A stretch of 64,000 nucleotides of DNA from a virus, in the IMG/VR virus record IMGVR_UViG_3300023171_000009, positions 9,113-73,112 of that record; one strand, written 5' to 3'. Each line of letters begins with the position of its first letter. The stretch's first letter is position 1. The notes beneath the pieces are model-generated. The model saw only the letters and a list, made by a program, of their open reading frames with translations. It searched no databases and was not told where the DNA came from. Below, in pieces: positions 1 to 7,951 of the stretch. A program made the position numbers and the translations under genes.

Positions 1-252
1 CATTAACGGATCGAGAAGTATGTCCGTCCCTTGCAGCACTTTTTTCAGTCTAGCAACGCGTTTCCATTCAAAAGAATCATCGTCCCATTTATGTAGTATA
101 GTTTCTTTACCATCGTCGGCATAGTAAGTTATCACGGAATCACTATCATGTCCCGTTGAGGCTAAGGCTATGTCTTCACGGTTAAAAGGCCCGTTTATAG
201 CACCTAAACAGTTTCCGTCCTTATCTCTTTGTTCTACTACATACGCACTCAT
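1..252 (-). CDS. Hypothetical protein, 3'-truncated by window edge
   Basis: Hand-translated MSAYVVEQRDKDGNC..., open to position 1. Confidence 0.7.
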   Translation of the reverse strand, partial: MSAYVVEQRDKDGNCLGAINGPFNREDIALASTGHDSDSVITYYADDGKETILHKWDDDSFEWKRVARLKKVLQGTDILLDPLM

Positions 253-307
253 AATTGAAATAATTGCAACTCAATCACTATAGCCAGCCATTTATAATAT
301 CAAGGGC

Positions 308-3175
308 TTATCCTCTTGAAACACTCTTTCTTCTTTCTGCTTTTTGCCGTCCGGTTTTGCTGTCCACTTTTTCTTTTTCAGTCCAGCTTACTCTCTGTCC
401 TAGTAAAACGGTATAAACTCCACAAATTGCATCCGCAACGTCCTTGGATGTAACTGGACCGCTTGACGGATGATCTATCTTACTAGGCTTCTTCTTGAAA
501 TCCGGAACTAACGCTAGCAACTCTTTAAATCCAATTTCATTGACTGGACAAGCCACACGTTTTTGATGAAGGGCGGATCTTAGTGCATCATAAGTTACCA
601 AATCTTCAACACTTATTTTATCGGTTTTAAAACCTTTACTGACAAGTATCTGCCTGGTGTCCACAGACTGGAAATTATCCATAGTTACAATCTGGATAGG
701 TATTTTCAAAACGTCTCTCAGATAATAAACCCAATGTCTTATGATATCGATATTAATTTGCCCGGACTTAGGTGGTTGAACGGCTAATGCAAAATCATAA
801 ACGACATACGGAAAGGACTCTTCCACAAGCTTTAAATTTCCATCAGAATCAATAGTTGATGATTGTATAGGAACAACATCAAGGACGAATCCGCATGCTA
901 TGCCTACCCGATCTTGTGATAAAGCCAAATCGATATGTAAAGCTCTTGGACATTCAGGCCATGGAGTGGCGTAATCATCAGTTACTTCCGGCATTCCATC
1001 ATCAAATAAAGTTACAGTTTGTTTCCATGGAGAAATCATTCCTAGGGCTTTCCAAGCTTTAGCCATATTCCAAACGTCTTCACGATCTTTAAAGTAGACG
1101 TTAGAACTTCTAGCGCTTCTTCCGCCAAAATCGCGAAGCGCCCCCTCCGGGTCTGTTATAAAATGTTGTTTATATCTTACAGGAACTTCCATTATCTCAG
1201 CTCCTTTTCTAGGAGTTTCATCTGTGGAAAGTATACGCGTCATCGCCCTTTCATCCCCTACTTGGACTTTGAATTTTTGCTCTGTTTCCAATGTGGAGTC
1301 AGGATAAACTTCCCAATGCGCCTTCTCCCAAATAAATACCTTATGAGTGTCCTCAGTATTATCAGCAGCTAATACTTCTTTTTTTCTAACTTCTGTAAAG
1401 TCTCCCGCATGTCCTTTGGAAGACACCATGCAAAACCTTCCTATATCGGAATCAGGGAAACGGCTTGCTCTACGGCGTATAAGCTTTTTATAAACTTCTT
1501 TAGCTTGGTCAAATTCCCCCGTCTCCTCTTTGGACCTTTTAGACTTCTCAACAAAAGTCATGAAATTTAACTCATCGACAATTGCCGATATAACGTCTTC
1601 ACCTAAAAATTTATCAGCACTTGCGGCACCATACATAATCATAAGATTATGAGGAAACAGCATCATTTCTTCTTTGCGACGATTATATGGGAATTGTTCT
1701 TTAAAGTAAGGGCAGCGTTTTATGATGTTTTTTAGCTTTCCGTAAGTTACGCGCTTAGCCAATGAATCTGTTTTATTCAAACATAAAACCATAACGGGAG
1801 AACCAGGAAGCATTCCTAGGTAGAGTTGAGGTTGTTTGAAAGTAGATAGGTTATATAGATCGTAAAGAGTAACAATTTGTGCTAGGGTCGTTTTTCCGCA
1901 GTTCCCTGTTATAAATATATTTCCCTCACGTCTTAACACTAGTAATCCGGTGTTTACCCTGAAACAATATTTAAAGCCATCTGTAGATGGAACTCTTAAT
2001 ATATCTGACTTAGGAGTTGCAGCCATACTAGTTAGTGCATTCTTAGCCTTATGCACTATGTAATCTGTCTTACCGTCATCGCGAAGGTAACCACGCAATG
2101 AGGCTCTTTGCCCTAAAGTCGAAAAAGCATATTGTATAAAATCAGCCGAATCTTTATTTCGAGTATAAAAGGTTTGATCGGTTACAGAACCATCCCATCT
2201 TAAGCATTCATCACATATAATAACTAATTGCTCAGAAGAAGCTTGCCAGAAAGTTTTAAACGATTTTACTCTTAAAGGAGCTTCGAAATAAAATTTAACG
2301 TAACCCTCCGCTCCTTTATGCTCTTCCCAAGGGATGCCCGAGTCTTTCAATAGTATTCTTGCTCTATGTATCTTGTCTGTGCGTTTTATGTTTACAGTGC
2401 ATGCGTGACTCATCCTAGAAAAAGAACCATCTGCGATCACCATAACCATAACTCTTAAATCTTCATCGGACAATTCTAGCCCTATGTAATCAGGCACTTT
2501 AAATGTAGTCTGAAAGGAGCCTCTGAATCCGTTAGTAGAAGCGTTGTGCATTAGGGCTACTTCCTTTGCTGACTTAAATAGCCAATTCTTTTTTGCCTTA
2601 TAATAAACACGATGATCGTCGCATAGCATTTGGTCTATGCCATACTTAGTCTTAAAATGCCACATTTCAGCACAAGGCAATTTTATGTATTCTTTAGGAA
2701 TAACATAGTTTATCTCTTGTGTTACCGGGTCATATTCTGCAACCCTCTCTCCAGCATAGCTAGATATTTTTCTCCATCCATCAGGAGTTAAATATTCAGT
2801 CTTACTATCTACACAGCCGATCCCGCCCATTAACAGCGCCTCCATGTATCCACCGTCAGCAATACTTACAGCGGCCTCTAATACTTTTGCAAATACGCCT
2901 TGCTGTGGCGTAGTTTTATTTGACTTATCGGTTACAACGTCAAGCCCTAAAAAATCCTTGTCCCGGACAAACTGTTCCATTGAAACAGGGCGATGGCTTC
3001 TCCCGATAACACTAGCAAAATTCCCCTTCGCTTTTTTTAAATCATCTATGAAATCTGTAAACGTGGGTATGCTAAAATTAGGATTAGCTAATACAAGTTC
3101 TGATATTGCTTGATTAAGTATATCAGCAGGAGCGTTTGCTATAGCTAGTAATTGAGATTCCGTAAGGACTGCCAT
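308..3175 (-). CDS. terL: Terminase large subunit (intein-containing)
   Basis: Walker A GGIG/CGKTT split by intein, Walker B IVDE, C-terminal RNase H-like nuclease (HIDLA, MDNFQS, KDVADA). Start moved to ATG 3175; the track's TTG start lies inside the 14-bp site. Confidence 0.92.
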   Translation of the reverse strand: MAVLTESQLLAIANAPADILNQAISELVLANPNFSIPTFTDFIDDLKKAKGNFASVIGRSHRPVSMEQFVRDKDFLGLDVVTDKSNKTTPQQGVFAKVLEAAVSIADGGYMEALLMGGIGCVDSKTEYLTPDGWRKISSYAGERVAEYDPVTQEINYVIPKEYIKLPCAEMWHFKTKYGIDQMLCDDHRVYYKAKKNWLFKSAKEVALMHNASTNGFRGSFQTTFKVPDYIGLELSDEDLRVMVMVIADGSFSRMSHACTVNIKRTDKIHRARILLKDSGIPWEEHKGAEGYVKFYFEAPLRVKSFKTFWQASSEQLVIICDECLRWDGSVTDQTFYTRNKDSADFIQYAFSTLGQRASLRGYLRDDGKTDYIVHKAKNALTSMAATPKSDILRVPSTDGFKYCFRVNTGLLVLRREGNIFITGNCGKTTLAQIVTLYDLYNLSTFKQPQLYLGMLPGSPVMVLCLNKTDSLAKRVTYGKLKNIIKRCPYFKEQFPYNRRKEEMMLFPHNLMIMYGAASADKFLGEDVISAIVDELNFMTFVEKSKRSKEETGEFDQAKEVYKKLIRRRASRFPDSDIGRFCMVSSKGHAGDFTEVRKKEVLAADNTEDTHKVFIWEKAHWEVYPDSTLETEQKFKVQVGDERAMTRILSTDETPRKGAEIMEVPVRYKQHFITDPEGALRDFGGRSARSSNVYFKDREDVWNMAKAWKALGMISPWKQTVTLFDDGMPEVTDDYATPWPECPRALHIDLALSQDRVGIACGFVLDVVPIQSSTIDSDGNLKLVEESFPYVVYDFALAVQPPKSGQINIDIIRHWVYYLRDVLKIPIQIVTMDNFQSVDTRQILVSKGFKTDKISVEDLVTYDALRSALHQKRVACPVNEIGFKELLALVPDFKKKPSKIDHPSSGPVTSKDVADAICGVYTVLLGQRVSWTEKEKVDSKTGRQKAERRKSVSRG
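1901..2815 (-). mobile_element. Intein with LAGLIDADG-type endonuclease, 305 aa
   Basis: Begins CVDSKTEYLTPDGW, ends GNIFITGN followed by extein Cys; internal VIADGSF and LRWDGSV blocks. Confidence 0.9.
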
Positions 3176-3191
3176 AAAATGAAATCGTTGC

Positions 3192-3229
3192 AAAAAAGAA
3201 ACCGGAGTTAGGAAAACCCCAACTCCGGC
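3192..3229 (-). terminator. Rho-independent terminator upstream of terL
   Basis: CCGGAGTT/AACTCCGG stem followed by U-tract on minus strand. Confidence 0.8.
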
Positions 3230-3290
3230 TTGATTGAATTAAAAGACAGCCAATCCACCAAGAAAACCCTATCTTTTATTCAACTGTGAT

Positions 3291-3318
3291 AGTATAACTA
3301 TATAATGGCAGTTGTCAA
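3291..3318 (-). promoter_or_regulatory. sigma70-like promoter TTGACA-N16-TATACT
   Basis: Near-consensus hexamers. Confidence 0.75.
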
Positions 3319-3320
3319 TT

Positions 3321-3539
3321 TTAAGTATCTACAGAGATATGTAACCAAGCGGAAGGCGGGCTTTCTAAGCCTAGCTTTTCTTGTAAATCCTCCAAAAAGT
3401 CTTCATCCTCATTTTCAGAAGTGGAAGACGCTACATCGACACCATGCACGTTGTCGTATCCATCAAATCCAACAATAGGCAAGTCGTCAGGTAAGTCTTT
3501 GATGATTTCTTTTAGTTCTTTAATAGTGGTGATATTCAT
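3321..3539 (-). CDS. Hypothetical protein
   Basis: ORF with A/C-rich leader. Confidence 0.7.
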   Translation of the reverse strand: MNITTIKELKEIIKDLPDDLPIVGFDGYDNVHGVDVASSTSENEDEDFLEDLQEKLGLESPPSAWLHISVDT

Positions 3540-3565
3540 TTTATTTTGGGTTGATTGAAAAGGAA

Positions 3566-3669
3566 TCCTGCCCTTGTCTGCTCCACTCTAACGATAAAGA
3601 ATAAGTGAAGTAATAATTACTAAACAGTAGTAATTAAACAAACAGCATCACGTCGTGACAAGGACAGGA
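3566..3669 (-). ncRNA. Candidate structured intergenic RNA (multibranch)
   Basis: 13-bp closing stem TCCTGTCCTTGTC/GACAAGGGCAGGA (mismatch is G-U on minus strand); internal AATTACTA/TAGTAATT hairpin. Confidence 0.45.
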
Positions 3670-3675
3670 AATTGG

Positions 3676-3936
3676 TTATGAAATGCGAGTGAACCCCATA
3701 CTGGATAAGGCTTCGCGCTGTGTCTCAATTGGGTAATATAGATCAATCCTCAAAGAAACAAAAAGGTCAAAAATCGTTGAAAATTCGTCTAAAGGTATAA
3801 TTACTTTATCGACAATCCATATATGGACTTTATCTTGGACGTTTAAACGAAATTTAAACTTTTTATCAAGCTCCCAATGTTCTGGTGTAGGCTGTCCCGG
3901 AACTTCAAGATTTAAGTATATTCTATGTTTTATCAT
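3676..3936 (-). CDS. Hypothetical protein
   Basis: ORF in packed array. Confidence 0.65.
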   Translation of the reverse strand: MIKHRIYLNLEVPGQPTPEHWELDKKFKFRLNVQDKVHIWIVDKVIIPLDEFSTIFDLFVSLRIDLYYPIETQREALSSMGFTRIS

Positions 3937-3960
3937 TGTTAATATATCTATCTTTGCGTG

Positions 3961-4257
3961 TTAACTCTCCCAAAGATACTCTAAACGCTCTCTAAAGAGC
4001 CTCATATCCTCAGGAGAAACGCTTTGTTCCAAAGGTAATTCAGCCTCATTTACTTTAGTCACGGTTGTTCGTGCTATGATCCGTATTTCTTCAGGAAACT
4101 TAACAATAGAATTATGCCCTTGTGGCCGGGTAGAATTCCACAACGCGCCTTCTAAATGATCTGAGGGATTACCCATATCCACCCATTCTTCTTGAGTCCT
4201 GAATTTTCGGATTGTCTTTCCTTGTATAACAAATTGTGTTTTAGTTGTTTCACTCAT
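3961..4257 (-). CDS. Hypothetical protein
   Basis: ORF in packed array. Confidence 0.65.
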   Translation of the reverse strand: MSETTKTQFVIQGKTIRKFRTQEEWVDMGNPSDHLEGALWNSTRPQGHNSIVKFPEEIRIIARTTVTKVNEAELPLEQSVSPEDMRLFRERLEYLWES

Positions 4258-4678
4258 AAAAATGATTTGTTATGTTTACCGAATTTGATGCGGAAGGGCG
4301 GATATCCATCGGGTTTTCCGTATACACCTTTAGCTTACAATTTCCATATACGGTTAAAATGATTTCAGACTCACCTTTATGGACAGATACCGCGCCTTTA
4401 CCTTCCGTATTTTCTGTCTTCAGCACGATAGCCGCACTATCAGGAATAAACAAAGGGTTGGCTCCCTCAGCACCTATTTCACCCACCATAAACTTTCGCG
4501 GGGATAAAGATCCTTTATCCATTGAAACAAGGATATCGGTTCCAAGGTTGTTATTGCGTTCATGAAGCTGTAGTTTTTGCTTCAAATCGTTAATTTCAGA
4601 CTCCAAAGTTTGGATCTGCTCCACTCCCTCTTGAGTTAGACGGCTATACCATTTTGAATTTTTCCAGTCCGTTCTCAT
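4250..4678 (-). CDS. Hypothetical protein
   Basis: Coupled ORF. Confidence 0.65.
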   Translation of the reverse strand: MRTDWKNSKWYSRLTQEGVEQIQTLESEINDLKQKLQLHERNNNLGTDILVSMDKGSLSPRKFMVGEIGAEGANPLFIPDSAAIVLKTENTEGKGAVSVHKGESEIILTVYGNCKLKVYTENPMDIRPSASNSVNITNHFYE

Positions 4679-4679
4679 G

Positions 4680-4925
4680 TTATCTAATATTTTTGCCTAA
4701 ACTTCCGCAATTTGAATCCGAATCGACTTCTAAATACTTGATAAAGAAGTTCAGAAATTCATGCCCTAAATCACTTAAGATTTTGCCTGTTGCTTTACAG
4801 GAACCGCACCAACTCCAATCTTTTTGTTCTCTGCTCTTTCCAAGAAAAAACCCTCCCTTACCTTGGCATACAGGGCATTCTGTCTCTAAATGATCTAAAT
4901 TAAGTTGTTTTTTTGCATCACTCAT
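4680..4925 (-). CDS. Small zinc-finger protein (CXXCXGXG type)
   Basis: CPVCQGKG...CGSCKATG; start refined to MSDAKKQ. Confidence 0.65.
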   Translation of the reverse strand: MSDAKKQLNLDHLETECPVCQGKGGFFLGKSREQKDWSWCGSCKATGKILSDLGHEFLNFFIKYLEVDSDSNCGSLGKNIR

Positions 4926-4962
4926 AAAATTATACTTCGTTGTCTTTTTCCCACTCTTCAGT

Positions 4963-5139
4963 TTATTTGAAAGTTGGACCATCGAAAGTTACGCCGCAAT
5001 ATGGGCAAAACTTTGGTGGTTCAATTTCATAATGCCGCACATAAAAATTATTTTTACATATCGGGCAACTAATGGCACTAACATCAAACTTCCGGCCTGT
5101 GGAGCTTGTGTACTCGAATTTTTCCGGCTCCCCGTCCAT
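4963..5139 (-). CDS. 58-aa zinc-ribbon protein (not in ORF track)
   Basis: Hand translation MDGEPEKFEYTSSTGRKFDVSAISCPICKNNFYVRHYEIEPPKFCPYCGVTFDGPTFK. Confidence 0.75.
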   Translation of the reverse strand: MDGEPEKFEYTSSTGRKFDVSAISCPICKNNFYVRHYEIEPPKFCPYCGVTFDGPTFK

Positions 5140-5163
5140 GGTCTAAAGTATTTAAAAATTGTT

Positions 5164-5248
5164 TGGCTGGCATGACAGGACTTGAACCTGCATAGCAATT
5201 AAGCTGACTTACGTTTAGTCTGGAATACCAATTCTCCTTCACATGCCA
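5164..5248 (-). tRNA. tRNA-like gene with long variable arm and non-canonical anticodon loop
   Basis: 7-bp acceptor TGGCATG/CATGCCA, G73, encoded CCA, T-arm GCAGG-TTCAAGT-CCTGT, D-loop AATTGGTA, variable arm AGC-TTAATT-GCT; anticodon arm GACT-AAACGTA-AGTC. Confidence 0.75.
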
Positions 5249-5257
5249 AAAATTGTG

Positions 5258-5655
5258 CCACCCGCCTTTACTAAACTATATAGAACGTTCCACCGACTAT
5301 ATTGTTATTAAGTTTATTTTAAAGGCGGGTGGTCTTTGTCTCTTCTTTCATATACCATTCAATGTCTGTGATCCGCCACAGTGCTATTTTAAGGTAAGCT
5401 ACATAGTGCTTGAAATTTTTCAGGCCAATTGTTATAAGTTGCGCGGCTTCCTTTACCGCAATGCTTTTTGCTTTCTAGGTTGGCCAGTGGTCGGGCTTCG
5501 CCCCGCTGCTATAAGAATGTCAACTACATAGTGCTTGAACGGTTAAGGGTTAAAAGCTACAAATATCTAAGTTTTTTCATAAGGGCTGTGTTCGTGCTAC
5601 GCCACGATGCTATGAGTAACTACATTGGTTTAGAAGTTTAACCTTCTGGTTGAGG
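5258..5655 (-). ncRNA. Candidate ~400 nt structured non-coding leader RNA with three repeated hairpin units
   Basis: No credible ORF; three ATGTAGYT...ATAGCA-stem-GCGNAK-stem units with different but pairing stems; 13-bp inverted repeat at 5258-5332. Confidence 0.6.
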
Positions 5656-5660
5656 TTTAA

Positions 5661-5688
5661 AATGTATCCAAAAATGAGTTAAAGGCAA
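5661..5688 (-). promoter_or_regulatory. Promoter TTGCCT-N16-TACATT driving the ncRNA/tRNA region
   Basis: Hexamers; 14-bp site 8 nt upstream of -35. Confidence 0.65.
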
Positions 5689-5728
5689 CTACTATTTTGC
5701 AACGATTTCAAAAAGTCTCCTTAAATTC

Positions 5729-6103
5729 CTAAAAAAGATGCCTTACAGAACCATTTCTCACAAGTGCTTGTGCGAAGGTTAATCCGCCTCCATGGTCGTT
5801 TTTAATAACGCTGCAAGGGCCGTAGAGGCTCCATCCCTGCCTCATAAGAGAGGAAACTTTCTCGCTAAGCGGGGCGGAAAAATTACCAACTACCATAGTG
5901 TATTCAGGTAACATAGGCGGGGCGTCTTTTAATGGGTGCGGAGAGGCTTTCGCTTTACCGACCATTAGCTTTAATACCACGTCTACAAACTCTACAATAT
6001 CCTCTTTAGTGTGCGTGTATTTACGGTCCCTAAGTTCTTGAAATACAATCAAAAGATCCTCCGCTTCTTGATCCGTTAGGTTATTTAATCCTGGAGTGTC
6101 CAT
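5729..6103 (-). CDS. DUF1737-like domain protein
   Basis: C-terminal ...VSSLMRQGWSLYGP...FAQALVR resembles DUF1737. Confidence 0.55.
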   Translation of the reverse strand: MDTPGLNNLTDQEAEDLLIVFQELRDRKYTHTKEDIVEFVDVVLKLMVGKAKASPHPLKDAPPMLPEYTMVVGNFSAPLSEKVSSLMRQGWSLYGPCSVIKNDHGGGLTFAQALVRNGSVRHLF

Positions 6104-6127
6104 GTTTTTATTAGGTTAGGTTGTTGA

Positions 6128-6469
6128 TTACTCTGATAAACCGCATTTTTCATCAATTATTTGGAAGCTTCTCTTAAGGTGCTCTATAATTAAAGGCGAT
6201 ATCAATTTAAAGACGTGATAATCGACCGCTGTTTTAAAAATAGAATTAATTTCTTCATAAAACCGTTTATTCTCTTCCTCTATCTCTCTATAAAGGACGC
6301 CTTTTATCTCTTTCTTGTGCTCGTTAATCTTTAACTCTTTAAGATTAGGAATAACACAAACTTCATGGCCTTGCACAACAGAAGATGCATAGATTGTTGT
6401 TTGGGTAGTGATCATTACTCCATCTGGACCACATGGAGTAGTGTTTGTCTGATAAACAAGCTTTTGCAT
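6128..6469 (-). CDS. Hypothetical protein
   Basis: ORF in packed array. Confidence 0.65.
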   Translation of the reverse strand: MQKLVYQTNTTPCGPDGVMITTQTTIYASSVVQGHEVCVIPNLKELKINEHKKEIKGVLYREIEEENKRFYEEINSIFKTAVDYHVFKLISPLIIEHLKRSFQIIDEKCGLSE

Positions 6470-6471
6470 AA

Positions 6472-6678
6472 TTAAGATACTTGATAGTTTTTAGGATTGC
6501 GTGTTTGATTCGTCATATGAAGATCGTAAAAGAAATTAAAGTTATTTAAAAATATTACACTATCAAGGCTATAACGAAGGTCTATAAGTGAAGTATGTAG
6601 ACTAACGCTGCCGAAAAGCATAACGTTATAAGTCCAGACAGTAAAAGGGCGGGGATTTTCGCACGCAATTTTTTTCAT
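6472..6678 (-). CDS. Hypothetical protein (paralog of next)
   Basis: CENPRPFTVWTYNVMLFG. Confidence 0.65.
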   Translation of the reverse strand: MKKIACENPRPFTVWTYNVMLFGSVSLHTSLIDLRYSLDSVIFLNNFNFFYDLHMTNQTRNPKNYQVS

Positions 6679-6992
6679 GTTATGTCATATTCTACTGGTT
6701 TTGTGTTGCCCGCGTAAGTATTGGCGATTACACCAAGGTTCAATATGTAATCCTGATTACTAAGAAATCGATAATCACACATTGTGCGTATTATACTTTC
6801 AGGCCCTCCAAACTTTAGAACTCCGTAAGCCCATAAAGTAAAAGGAACTGGATTCTCGCAAAGCAAAGATGGACGTTCTTTTAATCCTTTACAGTCTGAA
6901 CATTCTTTTTGCAGGATTCCGCCTCTATTGCTCATCACAAAATAATGACCGCGACCAGCGCAAAAGCTACAAAATACACCTATAGTTTTCAT
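6675..6992 (-). CDS. Zn-finger hypothetical protein (paralog of previous)
   Basis: CSFC..CSDC plus CENPVPFTLWAYGVLKFG. Confidence 0.65.
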   Translation of the reverse strand: MKTIGVFCSFCAGRGHYFVMSNRGGILQKECSDCKGLKERPSLLCENPVPFTLWAYGVLKFGGPESIIRTMCDYRFLSNQDYILNLGVIANTYAGNTKPVEYDIT

Positions 6993-6995
6993 GTT

Positions 6996-7367
6996 TTAAA
7001 TACTCCTGTTAAGCGCGGCTTGGATTGCGTAAGGAGGGAGCATCCCGATTTGAATGCATCCCTTGATGTCTTCAGTTGCACCGATATAAAACATTGCACG
7101 AACTATGCGTTTGATCACGTCAGTAATGTCTTTCTGCAAAACATCGATTCTACGGGAGTCGCCATCGAAATAGAGAGTAGAGATACAGGCTTTCTTTTCA
7201 AGGGCGGTTAAATGCTGAAGTTCTCCAAACATTCTTTCAATGCGAGCCTCATCGATTTTAAGAGCCTTGGCTTGATCCTGTTTCATTTCGATTGCGTTCA
7301 TGTTTCGAAAGTAAGCAGATTTTTTAGAAGCACAACCCCTTTTTGCAATTATTTCACTTTTTGGCAA
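6996..7367 (-). CDS. Hypothetical protein
   Basis: ORF in packed array. Confidence 0.65.
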   Translation of the reverse strand: MPKSEIIAKRGCASKKSAYFRNMNAIEMKQDQAKALKIDEARIERMFGELQHLTALEKKACISTLYFDGDSRRIDVLQKDITDVIKRIVRAMFYIGATEDIKGCIQIGMLPPYAIQAALNRSI

Positions 7368-7368
7368 T

Positions 7369-7548
7369 TTAACCCCGTCTACTGGAGTAATACCAGACGA
7401 TATTACCTATGATTAACAACATCGCGCCTCCAATCACATACCAAAATAACATATTAAACCATTTTTTTCGGGAAATGTTTGGTTTATACAAATCAATGTA
7501 ACCACACACGATACACAGAACGAAAACTAAGAAGGAGAGTAATTTCAT
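7369..7548 (-). CDS. Small membrane protein
   Basis: Two hydrophobic segments. Confidence 0.6.
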   Translation of the reverse strand: MKLLSFLVFVLCIVCGYIDLYKPNISRKKWFNMLFWYVIGGAMLLIIGNIVWYYSSRRG

Positions 7549-7787
7549 CGTATTCCTTGAGTTGAAGCCACACAATCTTCAGTTAAATGTGGAGACGGCG
7601 GAAAAGGTATCCCCACTCTTGATAACAAGAAGGTTACTTCTTTTATCCAAGAATCGCGGTCCACGGCTTCAACAAAATAACATTGTCGCTTTTCTCCATC
7701 CACCCCGAATGTTACGTATCCTTTAAAAGTATCACTTTCCTTGGACCACAGCCCTAGTATTTTCCAACGTTGATACAAGAATTTCAT
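7545..7787 (-). CDS. Hypothetical protein
   Basis: ATGA-coupled. Confidence 0.6.
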   Translation of the reverse strand: MKFLYQRWKILGLWSKESDTFKGYVTFGVDGEKRQCYFVEAVDRDSWIKEVTFLLSRVGIPFPPSPHLTEDCVASTQGIR

Positions 7788-7951
7788 GAAAAGAATAGTT
7801 GTTTCACCCCTCCTGCTAACATCCAACCTGCAAGAATAAAAAGAGCGCTGGAAAGTAAAAATCCATACTCCTCTTCGCCTTTTTGCCTAAATCGATCCTT
7901 CAGACATCTAGCAACCAAAATTAATACAATAGAAGCTAAAATAAATCTCAT
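7784..7951 (-). CDS. 55-aa membrane protein (not in ORF track)
   Basis: MRFILASIVLILVARC...ALFILAGWMLAGG; ATGA-coupled on both sides. Confidence 0.6.
   Translation of the reverse strand: MRFILASIVLILVARCLKDRFRQKGEEEYGFLLSSALFILAGWMLAGGVKQLFFS

Noticed and set aside
3176-3193. Track starts such as MQRFHF (terL), MEAAVFVQRFHF and MPVKNRKSEIVA
   Set aside because: Upstream extensions read through the 14-bp site, terminators or promoters; downstream ATGs fit better
5364-5625. CsrA/Rsm sponge or known ribozyme identity for the hairpin units
   Set aside because: Only one loop has GGA; no hammerhead, twister or pistol core recognised by eye (needs Infernal)
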